DNA from: Ionaspis alba
Lineage: Eukaryota
DNA: 40,858 bases
Reading direction: 5' to 3'
NCBI GenBank assembly: GCA_964255285.1
Contig: CAXUUL010000062.1
Coordinates: forward strand, 1 to 40,858
The notes under the pieces were generated by a model. That model was not told where the DNA came from. It saw nothing but the letters and a program-made list of their open reading frames with translations, and ran no database searches. A program made the translations under genes and the position numbers. Positions 22,595 through 35,090 of this stretch are shown piece by piece (positions within the stretch are counted from its first letter, which is position 1; the number at the start of each line of letters is the position of its first letter).

Positions 22595-23626
22595 AGCGAA
22601 GGTCGAAGCTACTCTGACACGCTCGACTTGACCGGGTCTCTATCAGACCTTCGGACTGATATGAGACACGTCCAGATGATTCGAATTGATTAGCCTGCAC
22701 ATATGGTCGGAGCATTAAAGAGTACTATGTTAGAGTTGCGGAACGTAGCATGCCCTAGATTATCTTATTGCACCTCGCTGAAGCTCTCGAAAATGATTGC
22801 ATCTCGACTGAAGCTTGCTTTCTGGCCTGGCTATTTCCCTTCATGGTAAGGAGTAGCCTGGTACCTCTTCTAGTGACCCGCCACCTCTGCTCTCCATTTC
22901 GGGCTACGTTCTCAACCTTAGCGACTGCGTTAGGGCATTGTTCACCTGCTCCTTCTCAGCAACAGTCATTTGTGCTAGAGCTACTGAGAACAGTAGATCG
23001 CTCGTTGTGCGCGTGAAAAGGTCTATCAGAGACGCTTCAGAGAAATGTATGCACTCCTCGCGTACATATCTTTGTCTGAAGATCAACAAGATGGATTTCA
23101 GCATGCCAGACAGACACTCTATTCGTCATGGCCGAGAGCCACTTAGACTCTTCTCATCAGTAGCTTCCTTGTAAGTCTCGTCTCGCTCCCTAACCCAGTC
23201 GTTCTCACGGCAAATCGGATAGACAGATCTCGATTGTTACACTACTCGATAAAAGTCATAATTTGGCTTCTGACTCGGGTTTCGGGAGTGAGCAATCGCC
23301 GATGACGATCATTCGCCTACGAGGCTTTCGCGACAGCGCTCCCCGAAACGCCGAAGCATTGCTAAGTGTAAACATGGTATATAGTGGCCGATTACACCGT
23401 TTATCATGAACCTACCGCAATTGTATTCAAGATTGATCGCCACGGTCAAGAGCCAGGCAAGAAGGCACGATAGGTAAAAGTTAACCAAGCCGAGGGATCA
23501 TGACGCGACATTTCTGATCCGGCTCACGGTCCTTCGCTCTACCATCCCAGCTAATCCACCCGTCACACTCAGGGAACAATTCTAACAGCCCGCCATCCAA
23601 CACTTCATCATTCCCTCGCCGCAGCC

Positions 23627-24717
23627 ATGTCGGTTCTTCTCCACTTTCTCTACTCCCAGTGGTTCGTAACACCCGCGTACCCGAAAACGGATTTCACCGG
23701 CCAAACCATCATCGTTACTGGTGCCAATGTCGGTCTTGGTCTCGAAGCAGCTCGTCACTTCACTCGATTGAACGCTGAGAAGGTTATCCTCGCTGTCCGA
23801 ACGCTCTCCAAGGGTGAAGCTGCTAAGAAGTCGATCGAGGAAAGCACTGGTAGGAGGAATACTGTTGAGGTTTGGCATCTTGACCTGTCGAGCTACGAGT
23901 CGGTCAAGGAGTTTGCCAATAGAGTGGGAACTCTGGAGAGGCTCGATGTCGTTGTCGAAAATGCCGGGATTGCCACCGCTAAATATAGGATGGCCGAGGA
24001 CAATGAATCGACCATCACCACAAATGTAGTCTCAACCTTTCTCCTCGCTTTGCTGATTCTGCCAAAGTTACACGACACAGCTTCGAAATACAGCACTACG
24101 CCACGATTGACCATTGTCAGCTCGGAGGTCCATATGTTCACCAAGCTTCCGGAGAAGAGTAGTCCTAGAATATTCGACAAATTGAACGACGAGAAGACTG
24201 CCAACATGTCGGACAGGTACAGTATCTCTCGCCTAGACGCACCAGTGGTTCAAAACTGATTCAAATGTTTCTTCAGATATAACGCATCCAAGCTATTAGA
24301 AGTCTTTTACTGCCGCGAGCTTGCTGCCCACATGACTGAGAGCAATAAGCCTCGAATCACTCTCAACTTCCTCAACCCTGGACTTTGTCACTCGTCGATA
24401 TCACGCGAAGGTATTTGGGTATTAGATTACATCCTCAAGCCATTGTTGGCAAGGACAACCGAAGTGGGGTCCAGAACGTTGGTAGCAAGTGCAGCAGCGG
24501 ATCATTCCACTCACGGACAGTACATGAGCGATTGCAAGATCACACCGTGAGTGACTCTACCGCAGGTGCACCGAGAATGACGCGAAAAGCTGACCGTGAT
24601 ATCAGGCCATCAAGCTTCGTACGAAGCCCCGAAGGAGCCGAAGTACAGAAGAAGATCTGGGACGAGCTGAACTCAAAGCTGGAGATAATTCAGCCTGGAA
24701 TTCTGAAGAACGTTTGA
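23627..24717 (+). CDS. Short-chain dehydrogenase/reductase (retinol-dehydrogenase-like)
   Basis: Three exons. TGANVGLG Rossmann motif, ENAG, IVSS, catalytic YNASK just after intron 1, LNPGLC, ARTTEVGSRTLV. Confidence 0.93.
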
Positions 24718-24960
24718 GGATAATATCATTTATTGGTTGGGGTCTAAAGGGGGAATGATTCGCGCGACACAAACATTCAGCTCCGGCGAATCACGTCAGC
24801 AGGCTTTGCCCCATCTTGCCATATCGTCGTTTCCGGAATCACCGGATAAAGTTGTAATGCTCGTATTAACCATGGTCGATGATCCTTATAGGATTAGTTT
24901 TGCTTTCGATCTCTTCCCAAGCAAATTTATCAAAATTGGTCTGAACTCAAATATGATCTC

Positions 24961-24968
24961 TATATAAA
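24961..24968 (+). promoter_or_regulatory. TATA box of the small secreted protein gene
   Basis: TATATAAA 134 nt upstream of ATG 25095. Confidence 0.55.
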
Positions 24969-25094
24969 CCCCCCATATGTTCTGCTCAGAACCAGATGTG
25001 ATACTCCTTCTTGCCATTTCCGCAGCCTATCGAAATATATTGTCTATTGCTAGGCGTTCTTCACTTTACGGATTCAGCTCTTTGAAACATCAAT

Positions 25095-25629
25095 ATGAAG
25101 CTTACCGCTATTGTCATTAATTTTCTGGCTCTTGCCATCTCGACGTATGATCACGAATCTTTTGTACTCTCCTACTCTTGACTGCTACACCTTCGTTCTA
25201 TCACTCGATATTTCCTCTATGACCCAAAGCCAGCCGATCTATCCAAACTACCTTCCTTTTCCTGCTGCCTTGCCACTGACGCCCGTTATATATAGTCATG
25301 CTCTTCCACAGAGCTATCCTGCGGCTTGCACGATCACCATCGAGGCATTCCCTACCCTCAATCTGAGTCCCACGGAAACAATCTTCCTTTCCACTGCGAC
25401 GACCACCGTGGGGACCGATTGCGGAGGGTGTGCTCTGACGACTTCAACAAGGAATCTAGGTCCCGGACCAGTAAGTTTACCGTTTCCCAATGTCTCGAGA
25501 GAAGAGTGAAGGCGAGATGGAAGAGAGGTATTGAATCTCATTGCTGATGGAACGAAGGTTCGAGTCATCACAACGACAATCTTCGAGGATGTGACGACGG
25601 CTACAGTGACTGCGTGCAGCACTACGTAA
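25095..25629 (+). CDS. Small secreted Thr-rich, 4-Cys protein, 98 aa
   Basis: Exons 25095-25144, 25296-25470, 25558-25629, with donors GTATGA/GTAAGT and CTGAC/CTGAT branch sites. Signal-peptide-like MKLTAIVINFLALAISTHA-LP; C..DCGGC..C pattern. Confidence 0.75.
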
Positions 25630-26232
25630 GCAAACGGAGTGAGATAAAAGAAGCTCTGATAGAGAGGTGATGGATTGAAGGAGACCAGTGTATGTTAACA
25701 CGACATTCGGGTCAGCGGTCGATGTTGGCGCGCTGCAGTCACGTCACAATAGTAGTCTAGATAGAAGATACTGAGTTACACTCTCGCTCCATTTTGTACC
25801 AAGTATACTATAGATGCTGGCTGAACAAATTTTTTTGGATGACCTGAACACAAATCAGTCGTAATGGACGCACAAAGTTCAACGACAATACATTTGCCGG
25901 GCTGATGCTCTTCCCTCTACACCTGGTATCCCTCGATTCGAGTTGCCAAATGGCCTTCTTATTAGCAACTGATATCGTCCATCTGGTGAACGATTGTTGT
26001 AACAGAGAGAGCACGCACACACCGGTTATGCATCTGCACTCTGTTCGCCATCAGCTGGTCGAAAGCCGAAGAGGACTTTCATGAAAAGCACAGGGTATCA
26101 ACCAGAGTATAGTTAAAATCCCTTTTCCGCGCCTCAAACATATGCCACTAAGTCTAAAATAACACCTTCGCTATGCGGATTCAAGCATCCCAACTTCCCA
26201 TAAACAGGACTTGAAGACTTCAGCAGTCTTAG

Positions 26233-28185
26233 TTATCTGAAGAAGGGCCGCTTGCCCTTCTCGGAAACCCTGATAGAAGTCGATGGCCTCTTCCTGTTAG
26301 AGCCAAGATCGATTAGCCCTACTCGGTTCGTTGTCACGTCGGAAGATATATCCTTCACGGCCTCTTTGATCGTGGCACGGGATAGACAGTGGTCTACATG
26401 ATCATTGAAATCCCGATCAATAGCTTTCTGCGGCTTTCCACAGATTGGACAAACCCATAGCATGCCCTGCGAGGGCAATTGGCCCATTTCCCGAGTATTT
26501 GCTGCAGAGTCTTTTCTTTGACGGTAGTCCCTGCTGGTTTCGAGATCCGGCTCTTCTGCCTGACTCAGGCGTACGAGCTCGTTCATCTCATCACGTTGCT
26601 CCTGACGAACGGCATCCTCGAATTCTTCATCGGGCCAAACCTCCCAAATGTCACTCTTGTCGTCCACGGATAAGTCGTACTTATTGGAGGCCTCAATATC
26701 ACAAATAGAAGCTGATCGGCGTACCCCAAAGAAGTCTGAGGTTGGTTTCTTTGTACTGACCAAATTGGTACACCTTAGTCCCATTAGTCTTAATCGGATT
26801 CCAGGAGTCTCTTTCTCTAGTTTGGCCAGCATAGGCAGTGCGTTTGTATAGAGTTCGTCTGCAGTGCTGACTGATTTCCGCGGGATGACTTGTCGCGTGA
26901 ACACCTCGTAGGTATGAAGCTTGATCTTAAGCACAAGCGTTCTCCCTTTGACCTGTGCCCGAAGAAGATCTTTCTCAAGCTCTTCCGCAGTCCAGCGAAG
27001 TTTGGCACGAAGCTCGTTTTTATCACTCATGTCATGGAAAGTACTTTCGGTACCAACGCTCTTGCGCTCGTACTCATCGGCAGGTTGGATCCTGGTACGT
27101 CCGAGACCAAGGTAACATTGCATAAGGAATTGAAAAGCTTTGTTTCCAAACAGCTTCGATAAGTATGCTCGATGGGCGTATAGATCCCCACAGGTCTTGA
27201 TGCCTATAGCATCTAGCTCACGCTCAAAGACACGACCAATACCATTGACCTTTCGGGTAGGCAGGTCTCGCATGAAAGCCAGAATGGCAGTCCTATCATT
27301 TGCGACCCTGTATTGCCCATTAGGCTTGTTCTTGTTCGAGGAGATCTTTGCAATCTTGGCGTTTGCAGCGATGCCTGCTGAGATAGTAATTTTGGTCTTC
27401 TCGACTACCTCGTTCCGAAGCTGAGCGACCGCTTCCCCGGGATCAATCTGATTATCTTCACAGTATCGAGTTATGTTCAAATAGGCTTCATCGATGCTAG
27501 CGCTTTCAAAACGAGGATCATATTCCGCTAGAATCTCTCTGACCTCTCTGGCTTTCGCCGTGTATTTCTCAAAGTTCAGAGGCAGACAGATCAAGGTTGG
27601 ACACAACTTCATGGCCACAAAGCCAGCCATACCGCTTCGACACCCGAACTTCCGGGCATGATAATTACAGGTTGTAAGGACCCCCTTTCCCACGGCCATT
27701 GGGACATGTTTTAATTCGGGTCTATCGAGCTCTTCTACTGCAGCATAAAATGCATCGCAGTCGATGTGTACAATGGTCTGAGAAATGTCACGGGAGAGCT
27801 CTAACTCTGCAATGTACTCATCTGCTCGTCGCAAGTCCGACGCAAGATCAACGCGTTCGAGTTGCCTCTTGCGTGCGAGGATCCGTTCGATTTTCTGCGT
27901 AAGTATCTTGTCCTTGTACTCTTCATTGTTGAAGTATTTAGAGCCTTTGGACGCATTGTATATGATCTCCGAAACCTAGGGTATGGATCAGCAGGGAAAG
28001 TCGACTGCTATCGCACGTTTGAGCATCCATACCTTCTGCTGGTCGACAGAATCTTGTCCAGCCTTGGTCAAAGAGGGGCCCAATAGATGATACTTGAGGC
28101 TATCATGACCATCTGGATTTGTGGTGCAGGTTGCGCACTCGTCATTATTTCCAGTAGTCACAGCTTGCGGCTCGTCCTCTACCAT
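26233..28185 (-). CDS. POLK: DNA polymerase kappa (Y-family, DinB-like)
   Basis: Exons 28185-28033 and 27975-26233. LLGPSLTKAGQ, HIDCDAFYAAVE, TCNYHARKFG, SIDEAYL, KVNGIG, RKSVGTESTF, RLMGLR, UBZ finger CPIC..HVDHC. Confidence 0.96.
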
Positions 28186-28720
28186 GACGCGGAGAGTCGA
28201 GAGGTGGTGAATACTACCCAAGGCGACATTTAGAAAGGCAACCGTGCACGTAATGAAGAGTTGATCGGATACGCTCTCCTAGAAGCCTGTTGAATATCGA
28301 GATTGTAGGAGACGTTGAGTTCGGCGGAGCGCGTCGACAAAGTGGTGACAGGGAACAGGGGATTGACGGATGGCCCGCAAATGGCCGCCTTGTTTACTCT
28401 CGGAAAGGAAGAGTATACTGGCACTGGCACTGGAACTGGCGAGAACTTCCTGAGTTACGACGAGAGACGAGATCCAATATCGAACGCTATGACTCTTCTG
28501 TGGCTTAGTGCGATTGATGGGAGTCTTCTAGAAAAGCCATTTTCGCACTATTGCTCCAATTGAAACTCAAAGTCATGACGCTATCAATAATCTAGTCCCG
28601 GAGCCAGCGTTCGATGTGCGATAATAGTCAACAACAACACTTCCAACCACCAATTCTGGCTCAATAGGCACCTTGGCCGTGTCGCGCATACGATCACATC
28701 ATCTTTCAGCGAACAATGTG

Positions 28721-30802
28721 ATGATGCGGACGCTCCAGAGTTCTTCTCCGACCACGGCAGGGGTTTCAACTCGGGACTTGTCTTATCATCCCCAGAAGAA
28801 ATCCATTTCCAGTCGAATATCAACACAATCTACACCACCGTTACGAGCCAGCAAAAAGGATCAAACAGCTTCGCCCCATCTTGCCAACTCGCCCATGCCT
28901 AACGGGCTTTCTGCAAGTAGAGCGACTCGCCTCACCAACGCCACCGAAAGGTCCAAAGGATGCGACAAGGACAACGTCGCAACCCCTACGAAAGCCTTCT
29001 TGAGCTCAAACATTACTCCGCGTTCCAGCTCCAGAAAAGCCAGAGTCGATAGTGCATCATCTACACCCCATGGAACCCCAAACCATACACCTGCAAACTC
29101 CAGACCTACATCTATGGTCTATACCAATGGCCACAGATTCGAAGAGCCGCTGGGGATGAGTGGGTATGGATTGAATAAACTTGGAAATGGACGGCGGAGT
29201 CGCTCTGGCAGCGTCACGAGCAATTGTATGAGCTCGACTTTGTCGTTCAGGGATCAGTCACCGGAACGTTCGATGCCCGCGCGAGGGGCTACAAGTCCAG
29301 ACAGCGCGCCCAAGTTCTTCCACGCGAACGAAGTCAAGCGTAACTCTCTGCAGAAAGACGATACCCGGCGCCTTCGAACTTCGCCAATAGCCGCAAACCC
29401 GGACAGCGGAAACCTCGTGCCGAGAGGAATAGCTTCATCCAATTCGAGCTCGCCATCAGAAACTCTGGATAAGAAGTTCTTTCATGTCGACAATCTTTCA
29501 GGAATAAAGCCTATACTTAGCAAAGCCTCGAGCGCGGACCCGTCAGTAGCTGCCCAGCGGTCGTCGCCAAAACAAAAAACATTTTCACCACTTCAGCGAT
29601 CGACTCCACAGCGCTCTACTTCGCCATTGAAGGAGTTTGAGTTGCCGCGGAAAGACTCGATTTACAAGTCGCCCCCCTCCTCGGTCAGCACGAAGCCCAG
29701 GAGCCTGGATCACACCGAAAGCCCTTCGACGCCTCAAATTCAAGCAAGTCCTAGGAGGAAAATAAGTCTGAGGTCCTCAACTTCACCTCGTGTCGGGCAC
29801 ACCAAATCCAGCAGCGTTTCATCGATCGGCTCAAGGTCGAACACACGAAGTAATCTTACCATGACAGTCCCCCATACCTGTGTCCCACCATCACCCTCTC
29901 AATCGATAGCTGCAGAACGTGAATCTCTACTCGACAATGACGCAACACGGGTCGCCGCAATCCTTCCTCTACCTTTTCCTGAGAGTTCTGCATCCCCTTC
30001 CCTACTGCCTCCTCGTCCAGCCGCTACTAAGACAGAGACCAAACTTGAACAGCTTAATGTGTTAGCAGCAAACGCCCGTCGAGAGCGCAAGGTTCTGGAC
30101 CTCGAGATTAGCAATTCCTCTCTGCTTGCAATCAATCGAACTTTGGAGCGGGAACTGCGCAAGCAGACGACCGAGCTCCGACGCTTCCGCAGACTGACAA
30201 GCACTGGCCGGATTTCTATTGCGCCATCGAAACGCTCTTTATCGAATCGAAATATCTCCATGTCTACCACAGAAAACAGCAATTTCAACTCCGATAGTGG
30301 CGAGGATGCTCCAATGAGCCTCGATTTTCTCTCTGCTGACGAGGATGAAGAGAATGGCTCTTGTGTCTCTCATGAAGTGCGAAGTCCAGACTCGCAGAGC
30401 CTCCACGATGCTCGCCAGCGTGCCAAGGACGAAAGACGCCTGCAATTGGACTTGACAAAGCATCAAGAACTGCTTATTGATTCTCAGCGTATGAATCAAA
30501 GTCTCAAGCGTTGCCTCGGCTGGACCGAGGATCTCCTAAGCGAGGGACGAAAAGCTCTTGCGTACCAAGTCCAGGTGAGCGACATTGAAGTGGGCGGGCG
30601 CGTACTTGCGCCAGACGAATTGAATAGAGAATTGCCGCAGAGACGCGGTCTGCTCAGCCCAGTCGGCGAAGGGGAGAATAACCCTTGGGACTTTGGATTG
30701 TCCGAAGGAGAAGGGGGAAACGAAATCGATGTGAAATCACCGGAAGAGGCGGTAGGCTTACGAGCTTATGTGGACAGTTTGGAGGAAGGATGGGGCATTT
30801 GA
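28721..30802 (+). CDS. Uncharacterised Ser/Pro-rich protein with C-terminal coiled coil
   Basis: Uninterrupted ORF of ~690 codons (first in-frame ATG 28721). Two KFFH motifs and ordered-looking blocks ARRERKVLDLEISNSSLLAINRTLERE and DLTKHQELLIDSQRMNQSLKRCL..GGRVL. Start uncertain. Confidence 0.85.
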   Translation: MMRTLQSSSPTTAGVSTRDLSYHPQKKSISSRISTQSTPPLRASKKDQTASPHLANSPMPNGLSASRATRLTNATERSKGCDKDNVATPTKAFLSSNITPRSSSRKARVDSASSTPHGTPNHTPANSRPTSMVYTNGHRFEEPLGMSGYGLNKLGNGRRSRSGSVTSNCMSSTLSFRDQSPERSMPARGATSPDSAPKFFHANEVKRNSLQKDDTRRLRTSPIAANPDSGNLVPRGIASSNSSSPSETLDKKFFHVDNLSGIKPILSKASSADPSVAAQRSSPKQKTFSPLQRSTPQRSTSPLKEFELPRKDSIYKSPPSSVSTKPRSLDHTESPSTPQIQASPRRKISLRSSTSPRVGHTKSSSVSSIGSRSNTRSNLTMTVPHTCVPPSPSQSIAAERESLLDNDATRVAAILPLPFPESSASPSLLPPRPAATKTETKLEQLNVLAANARRERKVLDLEISNSSLLAINRTLERELRKQTTELRRFRRLTSTGRISIAPSKRSLSNRNISMSTTENSNFNSDSGEDAPMSLDFLSADEDEENGSCVSHEVRSPDSQSLHDARQRAKDERRLQLDLTKHQELLIDSQRMNQSLKRCLGWTEDLLSEGRKALAYQVQVSDIEVGGRVLAPDELNRELPQRRGLLSPVGEGENNPWDFGLSEGEGGNEIDVKSPEEAVGLRAYVDSLEEGWGI

Positions 30803-31622
30803 CCCACAACCCACGTTGTGCTGTGGGACTTGCTCGGTTGACAGTTGACAGAGAACGTGACGACCGTCGTGCATATGCGCTGAAGCAGACGCGTAAGCAA
30901 AGCCTTTCGAACTTATGAGCGCTTGGGATACGCATCGCCACTTTGCTCAATTTGGTGGCCAGGATTTTCTTTTTTGGGGCCGGAGTGACATTAGATACCC
31001 TGTTTGCGAGTACCATCTATTTTGAGGTGTGCTTGAGTTCTCCTGCTCCACCTCTGTGATCCGTTCACTCCGTCTCGTCAAAGCGATAGATATGCCCTGA
31101 ACCCTTAGGCCGGATCCGTAGTGCCATCACACCAAAACAATCCGAAAACTACCTATGATATGGCTCTGTTCGCCGAGTACGCCTTTACAGTTGGATCTTC
31201 AGTTTCTATATTTCCGTGGTTCGCTGTAGATCAATTCTAATATGCTGCTAATCTGAAGCTCGTAACACCTGTTGTCAGCCAGCGTGAACTAGAAATCAGC
31301 CAACAAGGTGAAGCATTTACGCTGGTTGCATGCCCGGGTCGAGCTCAGGAGTGTAACAGCAATGATGTTGATCAACGAGGGACCGCCTCCCAACTGCATC
31401 ATTTAGCCAGCACGGCCGACATGGTAGAGAACGTTTGATTAAATTTACATATTTGGGGTATGGCGGTAGATATAGCTCAAAGGTCAAAACTAAGCTAGAG
31501 TCAAATACACGATACTCAATTGATGCATTACTGCCTTCTTTGAAGACCGCCATTATTTGCATCCGAAGAGAGCGACGTGATGGTCTGTCCTGCCAACCTG
31601 CCTTTCCCATATTGATAAGAGA

Positions 31623-32752
31623 TTAAGCAGTGGTGCCTTGGGCCTTTGCCTTCCTCTCCTTGCCGGTTACGGACCAGGGGAAATGAGCGACGGGAATTAC
31701 GAAGAAGCTAAGAAAGGTGATCAGTTAAGTTCGTGGCATAAGTAAAATGATTCAAGACTCACCTGTTGGAGTCATCCAGGATACCAGCCATGGCGTTATA
31801 CCAGGCTAAGAAAGCGGCGAGCAGGCCGAAAAATCCACCGGCCTTGATGACGGGAGGATTTGGCGAGCCTGCAGAGTTGGGGTTGAGATAGCCGATCCCA
31901 AGCAATAGGAAAGTCATGTCGAGGGTGAAGAAGAGTAAAAAGAAGGCGACAGTCGATCGAAGAGTTGCAATCAAGAGGCATGTGGTAAAGATAAACCACC
32001 CCTAGGGAGTATTAATATGATGTTTCGCGAAACCCCGACGAATTGACAAGACGCATACCATCAAGAAGAACCCGAAAGAATCGTGGAATGCTGTTAAGCC
32101 GACACTTGCGTTGCCCTTGCCACTAGCGATGATTGATTCTTCGATCTGAAACCCGCCTGGTGTGAGAATAAAGGCGAAGGCAATCCAGAAGCCGCCGTAA
32201 GATGAGAGGGCTGTAGCACCGAAGGTATTCCCGACAGCCATCTCCCTGTATGAATCCGTCAATGTCCCATTGTAAAGTCACGCAGCCACGACAGGATCCC
32301 GAGTGGACATCAGGGACGGCCAAAACGTACCACATGCCAGCAAGCAACTGCACCAACCCGCCGTATCCAAGAGCAATGGCGACGACGATGTTGGGTGCGG
32401 CGACGCCTCGCGTTCCCATGTTGATCAAGCTCAGGACGAAGGTGGTCAGAGCGAAAGCGCAAAGGCCCAAGGGGGCCGGATTGGCAAACTTTCTTTGAGC
32501 AACTGATTTATATGTACCCGGTTGAAATTCACCGCCAAAAGCCGGGAGACGCCCCGACTCGGCGGTATTGATGTGAGCAAGTGGCCCATAACCGAAGCGG
32601 GCTGCGGCCGTTGCAGTTTGATGCTCCTCATGGGTCATCTGGCGACCCATGGCAGCTCCACCGGTATGGTTGCCGGAGTTCGATGAGCTATAGTCCTTGG
32701 CAGCGCCATCGTAGTGAGCATTATTCGTATCGTGAGCTGTGGTGGTAGCCAT
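31623..32752 (-). CDS. Gpr1/Fun34/YaaH (acetate uptake transporter) family permease, AcpA/Ady2-like
   Basis: Four exons. Signatures [55 protein letters not shown]. Confidence 0.95.
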
Positions 32753-35090
32753 GGCGGAGTGGACGAGCGGAAACGAGGCGAAAGCAGCTTTTATTTAGGC
32801 AACGGATAAAGTGGTTTGAGGGTCAACAGGCACGAAAGAAGGTCGCAAGCAGATGGGGAGCCAGATTTCGATGGTATTCAATACACGGTAGTGGAAAGTA
32901 CAGAAGAGCAATGGAGGAGCAGCAACTGGGACAAAGATGGGGAAGGTTTCAATGAGCGACGAGAAAAAGCGAGCGGCAGGGAATGAGCTTTAAAGCATGA
33001 CGGAGGATTTCTGGGGAATTGGAGGTGGAGAAAGGGAAGCCAAGGATGTGGAGAATGGTCTGGGGGTGGAGTTAGCGGGGAGCCACTGGCGTGCCGGGAA
33101 GATTGTAGGCGTTGACAAGGATGGAAGGAGCTTTAGGGGCAGAAGCTGGCGTCGTGGGTGGTTGCTACTCCATTCGTCGGGTGAGGGAGCAGATCTCCAT
33201 GTTTCCAGCCTCGAAATACTCCAGACTCGTCCGGACTGGCGGTCGAAGGCGGATTGTTGCTCCATTGATGGATCGCGCAGTGTTTGATTGGTCGCAGCCT
33301 CCGTAGCAGTCAGACTGTGCATGGATGACCATAATTAGGAAAACAATATTGGAGAGTAAACAGTAGGGGATGCGCCAGAGCCGGGCTATTGCTCGTATGT
33401 TGACCGTAATGAGTGGATATAACTTACCGGGTATTGCTAATGCCTATCCCGCCGCACACCCACAGTCACGGTCGAGCGCAATACGCAACGTGCCCCGGTC
33501 TCGCAGAGTGGTGTTGCTGATCACACCAGGTAGGTTGTGTAACAAGCTTTGGAGCTGTGTTCGTGATTCTCCATTCAAGATCGAGAGATGCATACTCATA
33601 GTGACACACGTGTAGGATCTCGTAAGCCTCAGAGCCGAGGTGTCGGTCCGATGCAGGAGCGATGCAAGCTCAAATCCTACAATGAGCGGCGTTACTGTAT
33701 GCATTACCGTACATAAATTTCACTCGAGGGAGGTCAGCATTACGACTAAAGTCGAATAGCTTCATACATGTCACGTGGCTCCTGCCGGACGACCGGGAGT
33801 GAGTACGTCATTATACCCCGGAGATCTGGCGATCCTGAAAGTGTAAACCACGACGGTCCAGCACCACGGCGCAACAGCAGTTTACCTATCACACATCAGG
33901 ACCGTAGGTATCAATAGGATATGTACTCTTTGTCGGCACAAAGGCACATGAATATAAGACGGATTACTATCCTTGTTTTAAATGCTGTTCGGCTCTGATG
34001 GGCAAGGCCCAACCTCCTAGTAAAACTTTGACGATGTTGCAAATTGTCGATTGACGAAGACCGCGAGCCCAGATCCTTGCCCTGCTTTAGCCCGTTCTGG
34101 ATGTCTCAAGTCTCTGTGGTCCACTAAGACGGCACATGAAGCATGAAGCACACCGGCCAGGCTTTGTGGGATTGTTTTAATTAAACTATGCATATGCGAA
34201 GCCCGCAAGTGTCGTCGGGCAACCGGCTTGTTCACGATACTGTTGCGGAAGTTTTTTGAGTGTATTTTGTACCATGTAAATCTATGGTCGTCCATGTAAA
34301 CAGCTCCAACAAGATCAACTGTGATGTTGGTTATCCTACTCCACATTAGAGGCTTGCCTGATGCATCAAGCCAAATAACCAACCTAGCTTTTGCCTGATC
34401 CATGATATCCGTAATGTCTTGCTCTCAATCATTATTGTAGGCAGCGATGCTGTTCTACCCTCAACATTGAGGGCAGCCCGAGCCTGGAATCGGAAGCATA
34501 GTTCGCTAGTTTGACCTCATTTCATCTCACTTTTGGGAAGACGAACAAAGATGTGATTTTGACGATGAGTCAGCCAATTGTATGACTTTATTTTATATTG
34601 TATCTGACTCACAGAAGATGCTAGACTGTGAGCATGCGTTCTGCCATTCGAGTACCTGCCAGCTGTTCGGCAAAACGTTCCTCTTGGGATACTACAAAGT
34701 ACCTGCCAACAAAGCGAATCAACAAGTTGAAGACAGCTGGGGAGCAGATTGCCCGGGTTGGTCGCTGACAAGACTGGAGTATCTGACGAGATTTCCATGA
34801 GCTGCCTTCGCCTTCGTTTCATCAATCCCTCGATTGCGATACGGCCGGAGAGGTCTCTGGCTATCAACGTCAAAGGACGGGAAATGGACAACCGATAGAG
34901 GCCGCTCTTGTGTCCGGGCCAAACAACCTGCTAAAGTACAGCCACCAATCCCACATATTCTCGGTCACCAAAAGCTTAAGCTGTTATAAGCAAAACACTC
35001 ACTAGCCGGCACATGCATTTCTTGACTTGTCAAGAGGGCTTCTATTCATCATCGAGCACTACTTTGATTCAAGATCTGATACAGTCTATG

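Noticed and set aside
23188..23196. CCCTAACCC resembling a telomerase RNA template
   Set aside because: A 9-mer in a ~1.1-kb divergent promoter interval, shorter than typical Pezizomycotina telomerase RNAs; no pseudoknot or CR4/5 features recognised.
25145..25295. Stwintron or snoRNA inside the longer introns (also 4364-4443, 10745-10836)
   Set aside because: No internal donor/acceptor arrangement that regenerates a splice site, and no convincing C/D or H/ACA boxes.
26445..27979. Multiple + strand ORFs antisense to Pol kappa (and similar antisense ORFs over other genes)
   Set aside because: Shadow ORFs of real coding sequence with no independent motifs.
28417..28440. (ACTGGC)x4 imperfect hexamer repeat in the Pol kappa divergent promoter
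   Set aside because: Short microsatellite with no evidence of function; the small ORFs covering it look spurious.
34458..34473. CCCTCAA-CA-TTGAGGG inverted repeat
   Set aside because: 7-bp arms are expected by chance in 40 kb; no associated element.
33370..34922. Several 67-128 aa ORFs in the permease-MEMO1 spacer
   Set aside because: No recognisable motifs or consistent splice structure; treated as upstream regulatory or intergenic DNA.
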